Assembly: GCF_000143415.4 (NCBI RefSeq) | Contig: NW_003314266.1 | Location: 3,356,398-3,420,397 of the forward strand | Source: Selaginella moellendorffii | Lineage: Eukaryota > Plantae > Lycopodiophyta | Direction: 5' to 3' | DNA length: 64,000 bases | Part shown: piece after piece, positions 12,405 to 23,335 of the stretch | Layout of the letters: the number at the start of each line of letters is the position of its first letter | How positions within the stretch are numbered: position 1 is the first letter of the stretch | Translations under genes and position numbers: made by a program | Notes under the pieces: generated by a model | What the model saw: the letters and a program-made list of their open reading frames with translations, nothing else | What the model was told of the DNA's origin: nothing | Databases searched by the model: none

Positions 12405-12660
12405 TGTCAACTCTCTCTTGATCTCATCAACGTCGAAGTTCTTCCCAGTGGCAGCGTAGATCTGTGACAGCGCCACGAACTGGGACGTCGACTCCGGTCC
12501 AGCAAGCTGTCGGCGGCTGTGGTTCCAATCTCGACATCAGTGTGGAGAAGCGAGACCGGCTTGGCACACGAGATAAGCACCCGTATGAACGACTGCCACA
12601 CTAGCCAGTCCTTGCTAACTATGGGGCCACCACGTCACTGACACGGCAGCGGCGGCGCGG
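12405..12660 (-). pseudogene. Deleted remnant of the 3' end (E domain) of the PPR gene at 20037-22469
   Basis: atctcatcaacgtcgaagttcttcccagtggcagcgtagatctg...gccacgaactgggacgtcgactccgg aligns by eye with about 20100-20600, with internal deletions. Confidence 0.8.
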
Positions 12661-13159
12661 GGCCTTCCTTCTGTCGTCTTAGGGCCTAGCGACGGACCTT
12701 CTTGTCCAGTGGTGGCCATGATCGACGAGATCCTTAGTAGATGTTGGGGCATAAGCCCTGATCGCACGTACATCTAGATGTTGAGACCTCCCAAAAGAGC
12801 ACAAAAGATTTTAATGTGTTGAAATGGTGAGATGTATTATATATATATATATAGATAGATAGATATATATATATAAATAAAAGTAGAATTATTGATAACC
12901 ACAATCAATTTGTAACTTTTATGCTTAATCTAACCTAAGGTAGGGTTTTACTCATGACCCCTTTCATTATATTTGAGTTTTTTAAGCAAGTGAGTAGTGA
13001 ATGATTTGTTAACTTAAAGATTATGCTCGTAACATTGAGAGTGTTAAAAAAATTCTGAGTGTAAACACTTAATTAATCATAAAATAAACAATATTTCATA
13101 TGTAATATACACATATAATCTATTAAAAACTAAATTTTAAAAAATAATACTTAAACCAC

Positions 13160-16100
13160 CATAAGGTCCAAGTTATGATGCCATATACTAATATTAGCGT
13201 AGTGGGATTTTAGTAGTTATCATATTAGTTTCAATCTGGACCACTCACTCTTGTATATAAATTAGGGTTTTTGGACTAATTGATATGTACATTCTTTATA
13301 TTTCCTTTCTATATTCCATTCACTCACATTGGTAGAGGTGAAATGCATCTTTTATTGTCCTTGGGGAGTGCTTGGATTTGGGATTTTGATTTAGATATAA
13401 CTTTTGCATCATTTATATTTAGCTTTTTCCATTTCCCTTCTTTTCAGGATTTTGGCTTAAATTTAACTTTTCCATTGTCTAAATTTCCCTTTCCTTCTAG
13501 TTTCTTCTCATTTCTCTTCTTTTGCTCTTTCCTTTTTATTCATCTTCATGGTAGAGTAGCAGTCTCCTCCTCTTTTGACTCTGGAACAATAGTTGGTGCA
13601 ATTGTTTGATGCTATGTGATTGCAATTGAACAACCAAACTCAATTGATGGCGGCATTCATGGCATACGATACAACTCCTCTTGCTCTTGGTGCCAATCCT
13701 CACGTTCGGCTGGAGTTCTTTCGTAGGAATCCTGGGGATGATGTGTACTATTGGTTCGATTGCTTCACAATGATTGCTACATATCATTTTTAGGATGATG
13801 CTTGACGTTTGCGTGAGTTTCCCACATATCTCCACTATAGTGGTATAATGGTTTGAGTGCAGCCACTCGTGAGGATTGAAGCGATCAAAGTGTGTGTTTG
13901 GGTCCAAGGATATGATCTATTTTGGGTATTGTATTTCTCATAAGGGTTTGCAAGTTAATCATGACAAACTTGTGGCTATTCTAAAGTTTCCTACTCCAAA
14001 GTATGTAAATGATGTGCAGTGTTTCTTGGGCAAGGTGCAATATCTCGGTCGTTTTGTGGATTATCTTTTTGATCACACTACACTGTTGTGAGCATTACTG
14101 AAGTTATCAACATCATCTTTCATCTGGTCTTTGGATTGTGAGCGAGCGTTCATGGATCTCAAAGAGTTATTGATGACTCCTCCAATATTGGCATATCCTA
14201 ACTACACTTGACTTTTCATTTTGCGTGTGGATGCTTCTAATATTGGTCTTGGAGGTGTGTTGATGCAAGAGAGCTCGAATGTTCTTGATTAGTGCCATCC
14301 CATTGCGTATATAAGCCATATATTACAACAAGTGGAGGTGAACTACTCTACAACAAAGAAAGAGTGCAAGAACCTTCATGCATATCTATATGGTTTTCAG
14401 ACATTACTAAAAGGTGATCATGCTACCATTATTTCATTATTGAAGCGGAAAAACTTGGTTGGTTGTACTACTCAGTGGGCTTTGAGGCTTCAGATATATA
14501 ATTTTGATATTGTTCATCACTCGGGGAATTCTATGGCTAATGCTAATGTCCTTTCTAGAGCTTCTCTTCCTTCTTCGCTCTCTTCTCATGTTTCTGACGA
14601 GTCTGTTGTTCCAGTATCTATGAATTTTCTAAACGAGGATTTTGTGCCATCGATGGTTGTTGTATTTGACGTTCAGTGTTCACAAGGTACAAAGCAAGAC
14701 TTATCTTCTTTTGATGAGGTTCATGAGGCTCAAAAGATTGAGCTGTGGATTCGAAGGCTTTAAGAAGAGTTTAAGAATCCTGTATCACTTGTTGATGACT
14801 TGCTATTCTGGCATTTATATTGTTAATATCGCTTTGAAGACGGCCTTTTATATTTTGTAAGGATGGATCATAATGATCATTTACAGTTATTGATTCCTTC
14901 CATCTTTATTCCACAATTTCTTCATGCCTACTATGATTCTCCGGTTTTAGGCAGGCATATGGAACATCGTCGTGTGACTAAGAAGTTGTGTAGGTCTTTC
15001 TATTGACTGGAGATGCGATGCGATGCAATGTTATTCAGTATATGCATATCTATGTTTGGTGTTAAGTTCGTAATACTCCCCCTCGTGCTACAAAAAAACA
15101 ATTGGAGTTAATTGCAATTTCCTATCCGTTTGAGTTGGTGGTGTTTAATCTTATAAGACCTTTTCTACAATTGATTGTTAGCAAAGAGTATGTTATTATT
15201 GTTTATGACTACTTAACTCATTGGGTGGAAGTTGGTGCTATTGTTAGCGCCTTTGCAACTACTATTAAATACTTCCTCCTCAATCAAGTGGTATTCTAGC
15301 ATTGTTATCGAGAGTGGAGTCTTTCAAATAATGGTCCTGCATTTATGGCTGAGGGATTTCATGTTTTAACATCTTGGTTGGGGATACGCCACACTTTCAC
15401 AAGTGCTTATCATCCACAATCAAATGGTTTGGTGAAACGGTTCATTTGGACGTTCAAAGGGATGATCGTGAAGTATGTAAACTTTTAGCATTCAGATTGG
15501 GATAGTTATTTGCCGTCTCTTCGGTATGCATATGTCACAGGGGTGCAAAGTTCTATTTGTGCTTCATCATATAAACTTTTATATGGTCATCATCCAATAT
15601 TACCAATAGAGCTAGGTTTACCTTTGCGATTGCCACGAGCTACCGATGCTAGGTCATGGGATCAGTATTTGATGAGCATTCTTCCACTTGTCCGAGTGGA
15701 GTCTATCGAACACTTAGGCTGCATATAAGTGGGACAACAACAGTGCTACAATTCCCATCATCATCCACTTGCAAAGTATAAAATGGATGACTTGGTGTTA
15801 GTTTGTTTTCCCCATCTTACTATACATGGTTTATCTAAAGGCTCTTTTTTCAGTGGAAAGGACCGTATCAGGTGTTGCGGCAAGTTGGAAGACAAGTTTA
15901 TGAGATTCGGCATGACGTTCAACAAGGCAATCCTCCAAAAATTGTGCATGTGCAATGGTTAAAACGCTTCATCCAAAGGGATCAGGAATAGCTAATACCA
16001 CCTACAGATCCGTTAATGCCTCCTGACATTTCTCCAGATCCTTACCCATCTACAATAGAACCTTGATGGTCTTCCATTATTCTGAGAGGAGGGGATGATG

Positions 16101-16222
16101 TAAGGTCCAAGTGTATGCCTATGATGCCGTATACTAATATTAGCATAGTGGGATTTTGGTAGCCATCGGATTGATTTCAATCTGGACCACTCGCTCTTAT
16201 AAGGGTTTTTGGGTTAATTGAT
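13160..16222 (+). mobile_element. Degenerate Ty3/Gypsy LTR retrotransposon
   Basis: Related LTR starts at about 13160 and 16099 (taaggtccaag...atgatgcc.tatactaatattagc.tagtgggatttt...tcaatctggaccactc). A PPT (gagaggaggggatga) precedes 16099. Pol remnants run in RT-RNaseH-integrase order (KCVFGSKDMIYFGY, VDASNIGLGGVL, NYSTTKKEC, YDYLTHWVE, AYHPQSNGLVKR) with many stops. Confidence 0.88.
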
Positions 16223-16973
16223 TGTAAGCCACAAATTTTTCCTTTCCAATTTAGTAGATTACCTCATCTATCCAACCAACACTGCCTTGGACTTAGCTAA
16301 GTTCTCTCGCGAAGGTTCTTGCCTATTGTACCAGCTCCTACTTAGTCCTACTTAGTTTCAGTTACTCACTGCATGAACAACGGAATGTTAATCATCCATC
16401 CACGGATTCCCAGATCTCTCCCAATTCCCCTTCCCAGGTTAGACTGGACTTAAGGTTTAGGTACACTCCCCGCAAGCACAAGCAGCCAAACACACTAAAC
16501 CTCCAGGTTTCTAACATCCCTTGGTACAACAAAACTTAATCATGGGACCCTTTAAATCCCAAGCTTTGGGTGCAATAGTTGCTTCAGGACACAGGGGAAA
16601 CACTATGGCCTAACAATCTGGTATGGATACCTCTACTCCCCCAGTTCCATTATGAAGGGAAGGCCCAAACCCCTAAGAAAGGCGAGGACCAATGAGCCAT
16701 ATGGTACTCAAATGAGGCACCATTTCACATGAGCCGAAAGCACCGTAGTCAGTTTCCCTTCCGATAGTAGGAGTTACTCTTGAGCACTTCCTTGGGTGGT
16801 CCCTTTAGCACCACCTGAGTCCATGCTCACTCCCACCCAATGCCCTTTGGCCCCAATCTCAACCTCAAGTCAGTTTAGAAGCATCATTGGAGAGTTTCTT
16901 CAAAACTAGTTCCTAGACCTCACTATCCCTACTATACTTTTGGAACCCTTTACAACTCTCCCCCCCCCCCCCC
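16223..16973 (-). mobile_element. LTR (16223-16954) and PPT of a second, oppositely oriented retrotransposon
   Basis: The segment is bounded by TGTAA...TTACA and followed on + by actctc plus a C-run, i.e. a minus-strand polypurine tract directly before TGTAA. It begins where similarity between the Gypsy 3' and 5' LTRs ends. Confidence 0.7.
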
Positions 16974-17019
16974 TGGGAGATACACACTTTAGGCTTTCAC
17001 CCCATGATCTATATTAGTA

Positions 17020-17260
17020 TTTGGATTTGATCTCGGATTCGACCGGACTCAACTTCAGACTTGGTCTCGGACTTAATCTCAAACTTGATTTCGGACCCAA
17101 CCTCAAACTCTATCTCAGACTTGATCTCGGACTCGGTCTTGGATCCGATATCGGATCTTGGACTCGGTCTCAGACTTAATCTTGGACTCGGCCTCGAATT
17201 CGGTCTCGAACTCAGTCTTAGAGTCAGTCTTAGACTCAATCTCAAACTCAGTCTCATCCA
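17020..17260. repeat. Degenerate 6-nt-period minisatellite (CTCGGA/CTCAGA/CTTGGA)
   Basis: About 240 bp of visibly periodic hexamer variants next to the minus-strand PPT. Confidence 0.75.
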
Positions 17261-19239
17261 ATGAATTCTTTATCATTTTGGTTGTGCCTTCGGGGATTCT
17301 TTACCCTTTGACACCTCGAGGAGTTGGTTTCTTATATTGATGTATACATTTTATGTATTCCCTTTCCATGCACTCATACCATGGGGTTTAATTTGAGTTT
17401 TAAAAACATTGGTTTATAATCTATATAAAACACATTAATCAAGATATATATTTTTTTATAATAAAAATTAAGTCAAATTATTAATAAAATTAACAATATA
17501 ATTAAATAATATTTTACAATTTACTATCACTAAAAAGTACAAATGCTTAATAGGGAAAGAATAATCATTTAGTTATTAAAAATTATAAATGATTAATAAG
17601 CATAGATTTTAATCACTTTAAACAATCTAGATGTGATAAAATATATAATTTATTATGTAAATTATCAAAATGTTTTGAAAATTATTTTTGAAAATGCTGT
17701 TATAAATGTACAGTTTAATTGAATGTAACATAATCTTTTTACATGATTTACAATACACTTGCAACATTTAAAGACGGATTTTCAAAATTATTAATTTCAT
17801 ATAAAAATTATATATTTTAAATATGTTTTGATGAATATACTTTTATAACAAGATTATGTTAAATTTTCTATTATTTATTATTTTGATGGCCAGTTATATC
17901 AAAAATACATATATATAATTTTTATTTATCTCTAAACGTTTTAAAAATATATATGTTTCTAAACGTTTTTATTATATTAATTTAACAACTTCACATTTTG
18001 GATCTAAACATAACCATCTGTATATAAGTCAATTTATTATCTTAATAAATTGTAAATATATATTATTAGAACTATTTCTATTTATTCAAACTAAAATTTT
18101 ATATGAATATAAATAGATCTCTTCAGTGATTCAAAAAACCTTCAAACTAGACAGCACTAAACAAAGAAGCTCTTTTTGCAATTGTAATGACTTAGTGTTT
18201 ATCATGTAATACTATTGAATATAAATTTTATGTTTTATCACCTTAAATCAATGAATTATTTATATACAGTAAAAAAAAAGTAATATGGTCAATTAGAAAT
18301 ATCTTTTAAATTCCATAAAATTTTATTATAATTATAATTATGTTTAATATGAATCTAAATTTTCAAATAAGTTTTGGTGTTGCAACTTATAATCATTTTA
18401 AATGTGCATAAAAATTAAATATAAAATAGTTTTAAATAAATATCTAACTTATCTATATATTAAATTTAGCTCTTTTATACATAATTTATAATTACTATAT
18501 TAAAAAAATTATACATATTATAATTATAATTAACATCTTTTTATTTATATGAAGGTTTAATTGATTTTAATATAATCAATACTATGCTTGTTTTGAGAAT
18601 AATATTTAAAAATATAAACATAATTATGATAAGAATTCTAAAAGATTCTAAAGGTCTTTCAAGATTAGAGCCATGCCACGCTCTTGCCTTCTCCTAGGCA
18701 GCAAGAAAAGAAAATGAAATTTCACTATTGAGAGAGATCTTTGCTTCCTTGCAGCTCTTTCGTCCTTTCAAGCATCTTTCTTTTGCAGCAGGTTTCTTTT
18801 TTGTTTTCTTAAGCATCTTCGTGGAGCTGGTTTGCGTGACTAGAACAGCAGCAATGAGGGCCAAGTTCGAATCTAAGCACAACATATTGCTCACGCTAGC
18901 TACTCCCACAAGAGTGCGTGAACTTTTCAGTGTTCCACTGGTGGTGGTGGCGGTGGCGAAGGCATTCGCAAGGATTGAAAGACAACGATGCTTTCTAGTT
19001 ATCTATTATCATCTGAGCTTCTTAGCTCACTCACTCAATTCACTGTTTGATTGGGCCACAGCAGTCGCAATGTCGCGACATTTCCTTCTAGATCATTTAC
19101 CCGCAAGCCCAAACAAGAAAGAAGCTAGACGACCAAGTAGTCTTGTCTAGTCGGGAGGTATATCCCTCTAGAAGTTTTAGAGCTTTCTTACAAACTTAAA
19201 TACAGTTTGTATTGGTGATAAGTATCGATCTAGCTTCCC

Positions 19240-20020
19240 TTCTTTTCCTTTATTTTTTGCTTTTGCAACGGTGGAATTCCAAAAGCGGTGGCCATCGAGA
19301 GAAAAATTGTGAATATAGCACCGACATTGTGAAGAAATAGCTTGGCATGACAGACCATCCCAGAAACAACGAAAGAAAAAATTGGATCGTGAGTGGAAAA
19401 CATCTTTGTGCTCTTGAGTCCATGCTTGTTGAGATATGATGGGAGCTGCGAACCACGTAAGTGTGTCCCAAGCCATGTCATTAATTACAGCATTACGACC
19501 GAAAAAGGATGGTTAAAAATGGACGATCGAAGAAGAAGAGAATGCAAGGAACTCTAATCGATGGAGATATAGAATTAGCAATTTGAAGAAGAGAAAAGCT
19601 GGCGACCAGAGAAGAGATCAAAGTCGCATGGAAGATCAAAGAAACTACGAGAAAGAGACAAAAGGGAGAAGATACAGAGTTTTTAGTAGAACTCTTCCAG
19701 AATGTTGTGATGTTGTGTGGCTTTCGCAACGTTTTGAATGTAACGAAGTATGTACATTCATACAAGATTGAGAATTCTGATTACCGTGACGAGCACCTTG
19801 TCGAGCTTCTCCCTGGCCGCGCATCTGGGCTACTGGGCTGATAGATCGTGCAGCGGCAAAGCCAGCAGCGACACCAAGGGAACGCCGTCGGTCCACCCAA
19901 TCCTTCCAGTCCCCAGGTTCACGCTCAAAGCATCGCCGAGGAGACAACGCTCGTCTGCACTGGCTTCGCCAACTTTGCTGTTACAAGCAAGGCACAGCAT
20001 CGAAACGGAGGGGATCACCT
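19240..20020 (-). pseudogene. Deleted, frameshifted duplicate of DiT1 that retains intron sequence
   Basis: Fragments AWDTLTWFAA, LCLACNSKVGE and IGWTD, plus intron-like sequence (aatgcaaggaactctaatcga, gaaaagctggcgaccagaga), match about 23510-24770. Confidence 0.85.
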
Positions 20021-20036
20021 AGGACTTCGTAGATGG

Positions 20037-22469
20037 TCATTCCCAATTAGCAAGCTCTCCGGTTGTCCTGTGGACTTCGATTTGTCTTCTCAGTGCCAGC
20101 TCTCTCTTTATCTCATCAATGTCGGAGTTTCTTCCAGCGGCAGCGTAGATCTGGGACAGAGCCACGAACTGAGACGTCGACTCCGGATCCAGCTCCAGCA
20201 AGCACTCGGCGGCTCTGGTTCCAATCTCGGCATCAGTGTGGAGCTTGCAAGACGAGAGCAAGCTCTGCCAGGCGATCTCATCAGGATAAAACGGCATGGA
20301 GTCCAGCAACTCCTCGGCGTCCCGGAGCTTCCCAGCTCTGCCCAAGACGTCGACCATACAGCCAAAGTGCTCGGCGCTGGGCTGGCTTCCATAGTCCGAC
20401 GTGATGGAGTGGAAGAACTCTCGGCCCTCTGCCACGAGACCGGCTTGGCTACACGAGATAAGCACTGGTATGAACGTCACTTCATTCGGCCTCACTCCCT
20501 CGGACTCCATCTCGGCGTAGAGCTCGAGTGCCACGCTGGCCAGGCCCTGCTGACTATGGGCCGCCAGCATGGACGTCCACGTTGCCACGTCACTGCCACG
20601 GCAGCGGCGGTACAGCCGCGTGGCCTTCTCCAAGCTCCCGCATTTGGCGTACATGGCAGCGAGCGCGTTCTGGAAGTGTGCGTCCTGCTCGAGCTTGGAT
20701 CTCAAGGCTTGGCGATGGATCTTCTCGCCCATGGCGAGGTCGCCCAGATTGGCACACGCGACGAGCAGCGTGGAGAGGGTGGCTATGTCGGGATGGATCC
20801 CCGATTGGAGCATTCGATCGTAGAGGTCCAGGGCGGCGCGATTGTTGCCGGACTGGACATTGGCGGCGATGATCGTAGTCCAGGCGACGAGATCCTTGGT
20901 CTTCATGGTCTCGAAGACCCTGGCGGCGAAGCCCAGATCGCCACACTTTGCGTACATGTCCACGAGGGAATTGTATGCGAAGGGATCGCTGGAATCAAGC
21001 CCCGATTCGATCATCCGCTCGTGGATCCAGGCTCCGGAGGCGAGGTCGCCGATCGCCACGCACGCCGCGAGCACCGTCGCGAATGTGATCTCGTTAGGCG
21101 CCACGCCCCGCGCGGTCATCTCGCGGAAAATCTCTAGCGCCTGGCGGGGATGCCCATTGTGGGCATACGCCGAGATCATCGTCGTGAAGGACACCACGGT
21201 CTTGGAGTTCTCTAGAATCGAATCAAAGACCTCTCGCGCCTCAGCGAGCAGCCCCGATCGCGCGTACATGTTGATGAGCGAGTTCTGGACGATTGGATCA
21301 GCGTCAATGCCACTGGCGGTGATCTGGGAGTGAATCTTCCGCCCCCGATCGAGGATGGCATCCCTGCCCAGATGCGCGATGGCACTCACGACGCTCGCGT
21401 ACGTCTTCTCGTTGGGATTGATCCCCTCGGCGATCATCCCATCGAAGAGCTTTACAGAAAAGCTGTAATGCCCGGTTTGGGCAACTGCTGCAATCATCGA
21501 TGTCCAAGACACTACATTCCTGTGAGGCATGTCCGCAAAGACACGCAAAGCCTCGTCTAGTTTGCCGCAGCGCACGTACATGGAGATGAGCGCATTGAGC
21601 ACGAGAACTCTAGTTCCATGGATCTCACTCTGGATCTTGTCATGGATCTGGATCCCCCCTCGCAGATGCCCCGCTGCAGCGCACGCACCCAGCGCGATCG
21701 CGCACGACCGATCGCTGCACTGGTGCTGCTCCATCTGGAAGAAGAGCTCGATCGCGCGCCGGTGGTGCCCGGCGCCGGCGAGCGCGGACATGATCGCGTT
21801 CCATGGCGCGGTGCCGAGCTCGCGGTTGTCGTCAAATGCCGCCATGGCGAGGTCGATCCGGCCGCACTGCGCGTACATGGTGACCAGCGCGGATTGGATC
21901 GAGGAGTTGATCCCTCGCCCGGTGGCCACGCGGTAGTGGATGCTCCGGCCCTGGGCGAGATCTTTGATCCGGCCACACGCGACGATCGCCCACATGAAGC
22001 CACACGCGCTGGGCTGGGTGTTCTCCACGCTCATCCGGCGATAGAGCTCGAGAGTGTCGCGTGGGCGATCCGCGGCCAGGAACTCCTTCATGAGGACGTT
22101 CCAGCAGAATGGGCGGCGATCGGGCATGGCATCGAAGAGCGCGATGGCGGTGTCGAAGCAGCGGCAGCGAGCGTACATCTGGAAGACGAGCTCGCCCAGG
22201 AGGGCATTGCGCGCGAGGCGGCGAGAGACGATGTGGGCGTGGACGCGGCGGCCGTGATCCAGGGCGCGCTGGTTGCCGCATTGGCGGAGGAGATTGGCGT
22301 AGAGGAGGAGCTGCGAGGTGGATCGGTGGCGGAGCTTGTCCAGGCGGAGGAGGGCATCGTCGAGGCGGGAGATGAGCAAGCCGGCGGGGGGGCCGCGGTT
22401 CTTGAGCCTCTGGGGCTTCCAATTCTCGCGGTAGTAGCGCCAGTCTTTCAAGTACATATGCTTCCCCAT
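20037..22469 (-). CDS. PLS-class PPR protein with E domain, no DYW
   Basis: 810-aa intronless ORF with P-L-S repeats (NALISMYVRCGKLDEA, NVVSWTSMIAA) and E domain HFGCMVDVLGRAGKL...WQSLLSSC...FVALSQIY. Confidence 0.93.
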   Translation of the reverse strand: MGKHMYLKDWRYYRENWKPQRLKNRGPPAGLLISRLDDALLRLDKLRHRSTSQLLLYANLLRQCGNQRALDHGRRVHAHIVSRRLARNALLGELVFQMYARCRCFDTAIALFDAMPDRRPFCWNVLMKEFLAADRPRDTLELYRRMSVENTQPSACGFMWAIVACGRIKDLAQGRSIHYRVATGRGINSSIQSALVTMYAQCGRIDLAMAAFDDNRELGTAPWNAIMSALAGAGHHRRAIELFFQMEQHQCSDRSCAIALGACAAAGHLRGGIQIHDKIQSEIHGTRVLVLNALISMYVRCGKLDEALRVFADMPHRNVVSWTSMIAAVAQTGHYSFSVKLFDGMIAEGINPNEKTYASVVSAIAHLGRDAILDRGRKIHSQITASGIDADPIVQNSLINMYARSGLLAEAREVFDSILENSKTVVSFTTMISAYAHNGHPRQALEIFREMTARGVAPNEITFATVLAACVAIGDLASGAWIHERMIESGLDSSDPFAYNSLVDMYAKCGDLGFAARVFETMKTKDLVAWTTIIAANVQSGNNRAALDLYDRMLQSGIHPDIATLSTLLVACANLGDLAMGEKIHRQALRSKLEQDAHFQNALAAMYAKCGSLEKATRLYRRCRGSDVATWTSMLAAHSQQGLASVALELYAEMESEGVRPNEVTFIPVLISCSQAGLVAEGREFFHSITSDYGSQPSAEHFGCMVDVLGRAGKLRDAEELLDSMPFYPDEIAWQSLLSSCKLHTDAEIGTRAAECLLELDPESTSQFVALSQIYAAAGRNSDIDEIKRELALRRQIEVHRTTGELANWE

Positions 22470-22579
22470 GATGGAAATGAAGAGCTATCCTACCTAGTTG
22501 ACTACCACTAGACATTGCCTCTATAAAGTTCTATGACACTTTCATCTACTTCGCCATCTTTGTTATATGTTTTTGTTCC

Positions 22580-23110
22580 TCTCAAGCAACACAGCATCTA
22601 TAGTAAAATTTCTCCAACTAAGGGATTTAAATGAAAGGCTCATAAAAAAAAAAAAAATGTATATGGTTTTTCTCTTCCAAATATAATCCTGTGTATATTG
22701 TGTGATCATTCCACCAAAACAGAGCTGCCCGGCTTGTGGCGGAGCTAGAACCCGAGGATGGAACGCCGTATGTGATGCTCTCTAGCATGTGCTCGCTGCG
22801 GTGATCTTTACTTCGTCATCTTTACTGTATATTTGGGCTTGATTTTAACAAAGCATCTAAACCAGCAACACAGCATCTAAACAACACAGCATCAAGTAAC
22901 ACAGCATCTAAACCAGGATAGTCCCTCCAAAATTTCTTGAACCAAAGGCTCAGAAAGTTAAATGAAAGGCTCAGAAAAAAAAAGTTAAATGAAGTTTAAA
23001 AAGTTAAAAAAGATAAAAAGTTAAATGAAAGGCTCAGAAAAAAAATTCAAAAAATGTATATGGTTTTTCTCTTCCAAATATAATTATTGTGTGGTCATTC
23101 CACCAAAATC
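22580..23110. repeat. Local duplication of DiT1 3' flank, with a PPR E-domain tail fragment (22721-22804, +) at the junction
   Basis: aaaaatgtatatggtttttctcttccaaatataat and tcattccaccaaaa each occur twice; aacacagcatc and aaaggctca recur several times. The insert reads RAARLVAELEPEDGTPYVMLSSMCSLR*. Confidence 0.7.
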
Positions 23111-23335
23111 CTCCAATTCTTAATCAGACCACCTTACATCAAGAATGCAAGCAGCGGGGCTTTAGCTCAACTTTTATATGTTTCTGCTTTGGAATCTTAT
23201 TTTATCTCTTTTTGTAAGTGTTCAAAGAAAAATGGAAGGCTGCTTAGAACCCAGCAGCAAAAGAAAGAGAGAGAGAGAAGAAAAAAATATTGGAATGGTT
23301 CGTCCCTTCCAATACTCCGACGTGTATGTTGTGAT

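Noticed and set aside
17020-17260. CRISPR-like array
   Set aside because: Continuous hexamer periodicity without unique spacers, in a eukaryotic context.
17400-18650. Extremely AT-rich tract as a possible MITE or Helitron
   Set aside because: No terminal inverted repeats or diagnostic ends could be identified by eye.
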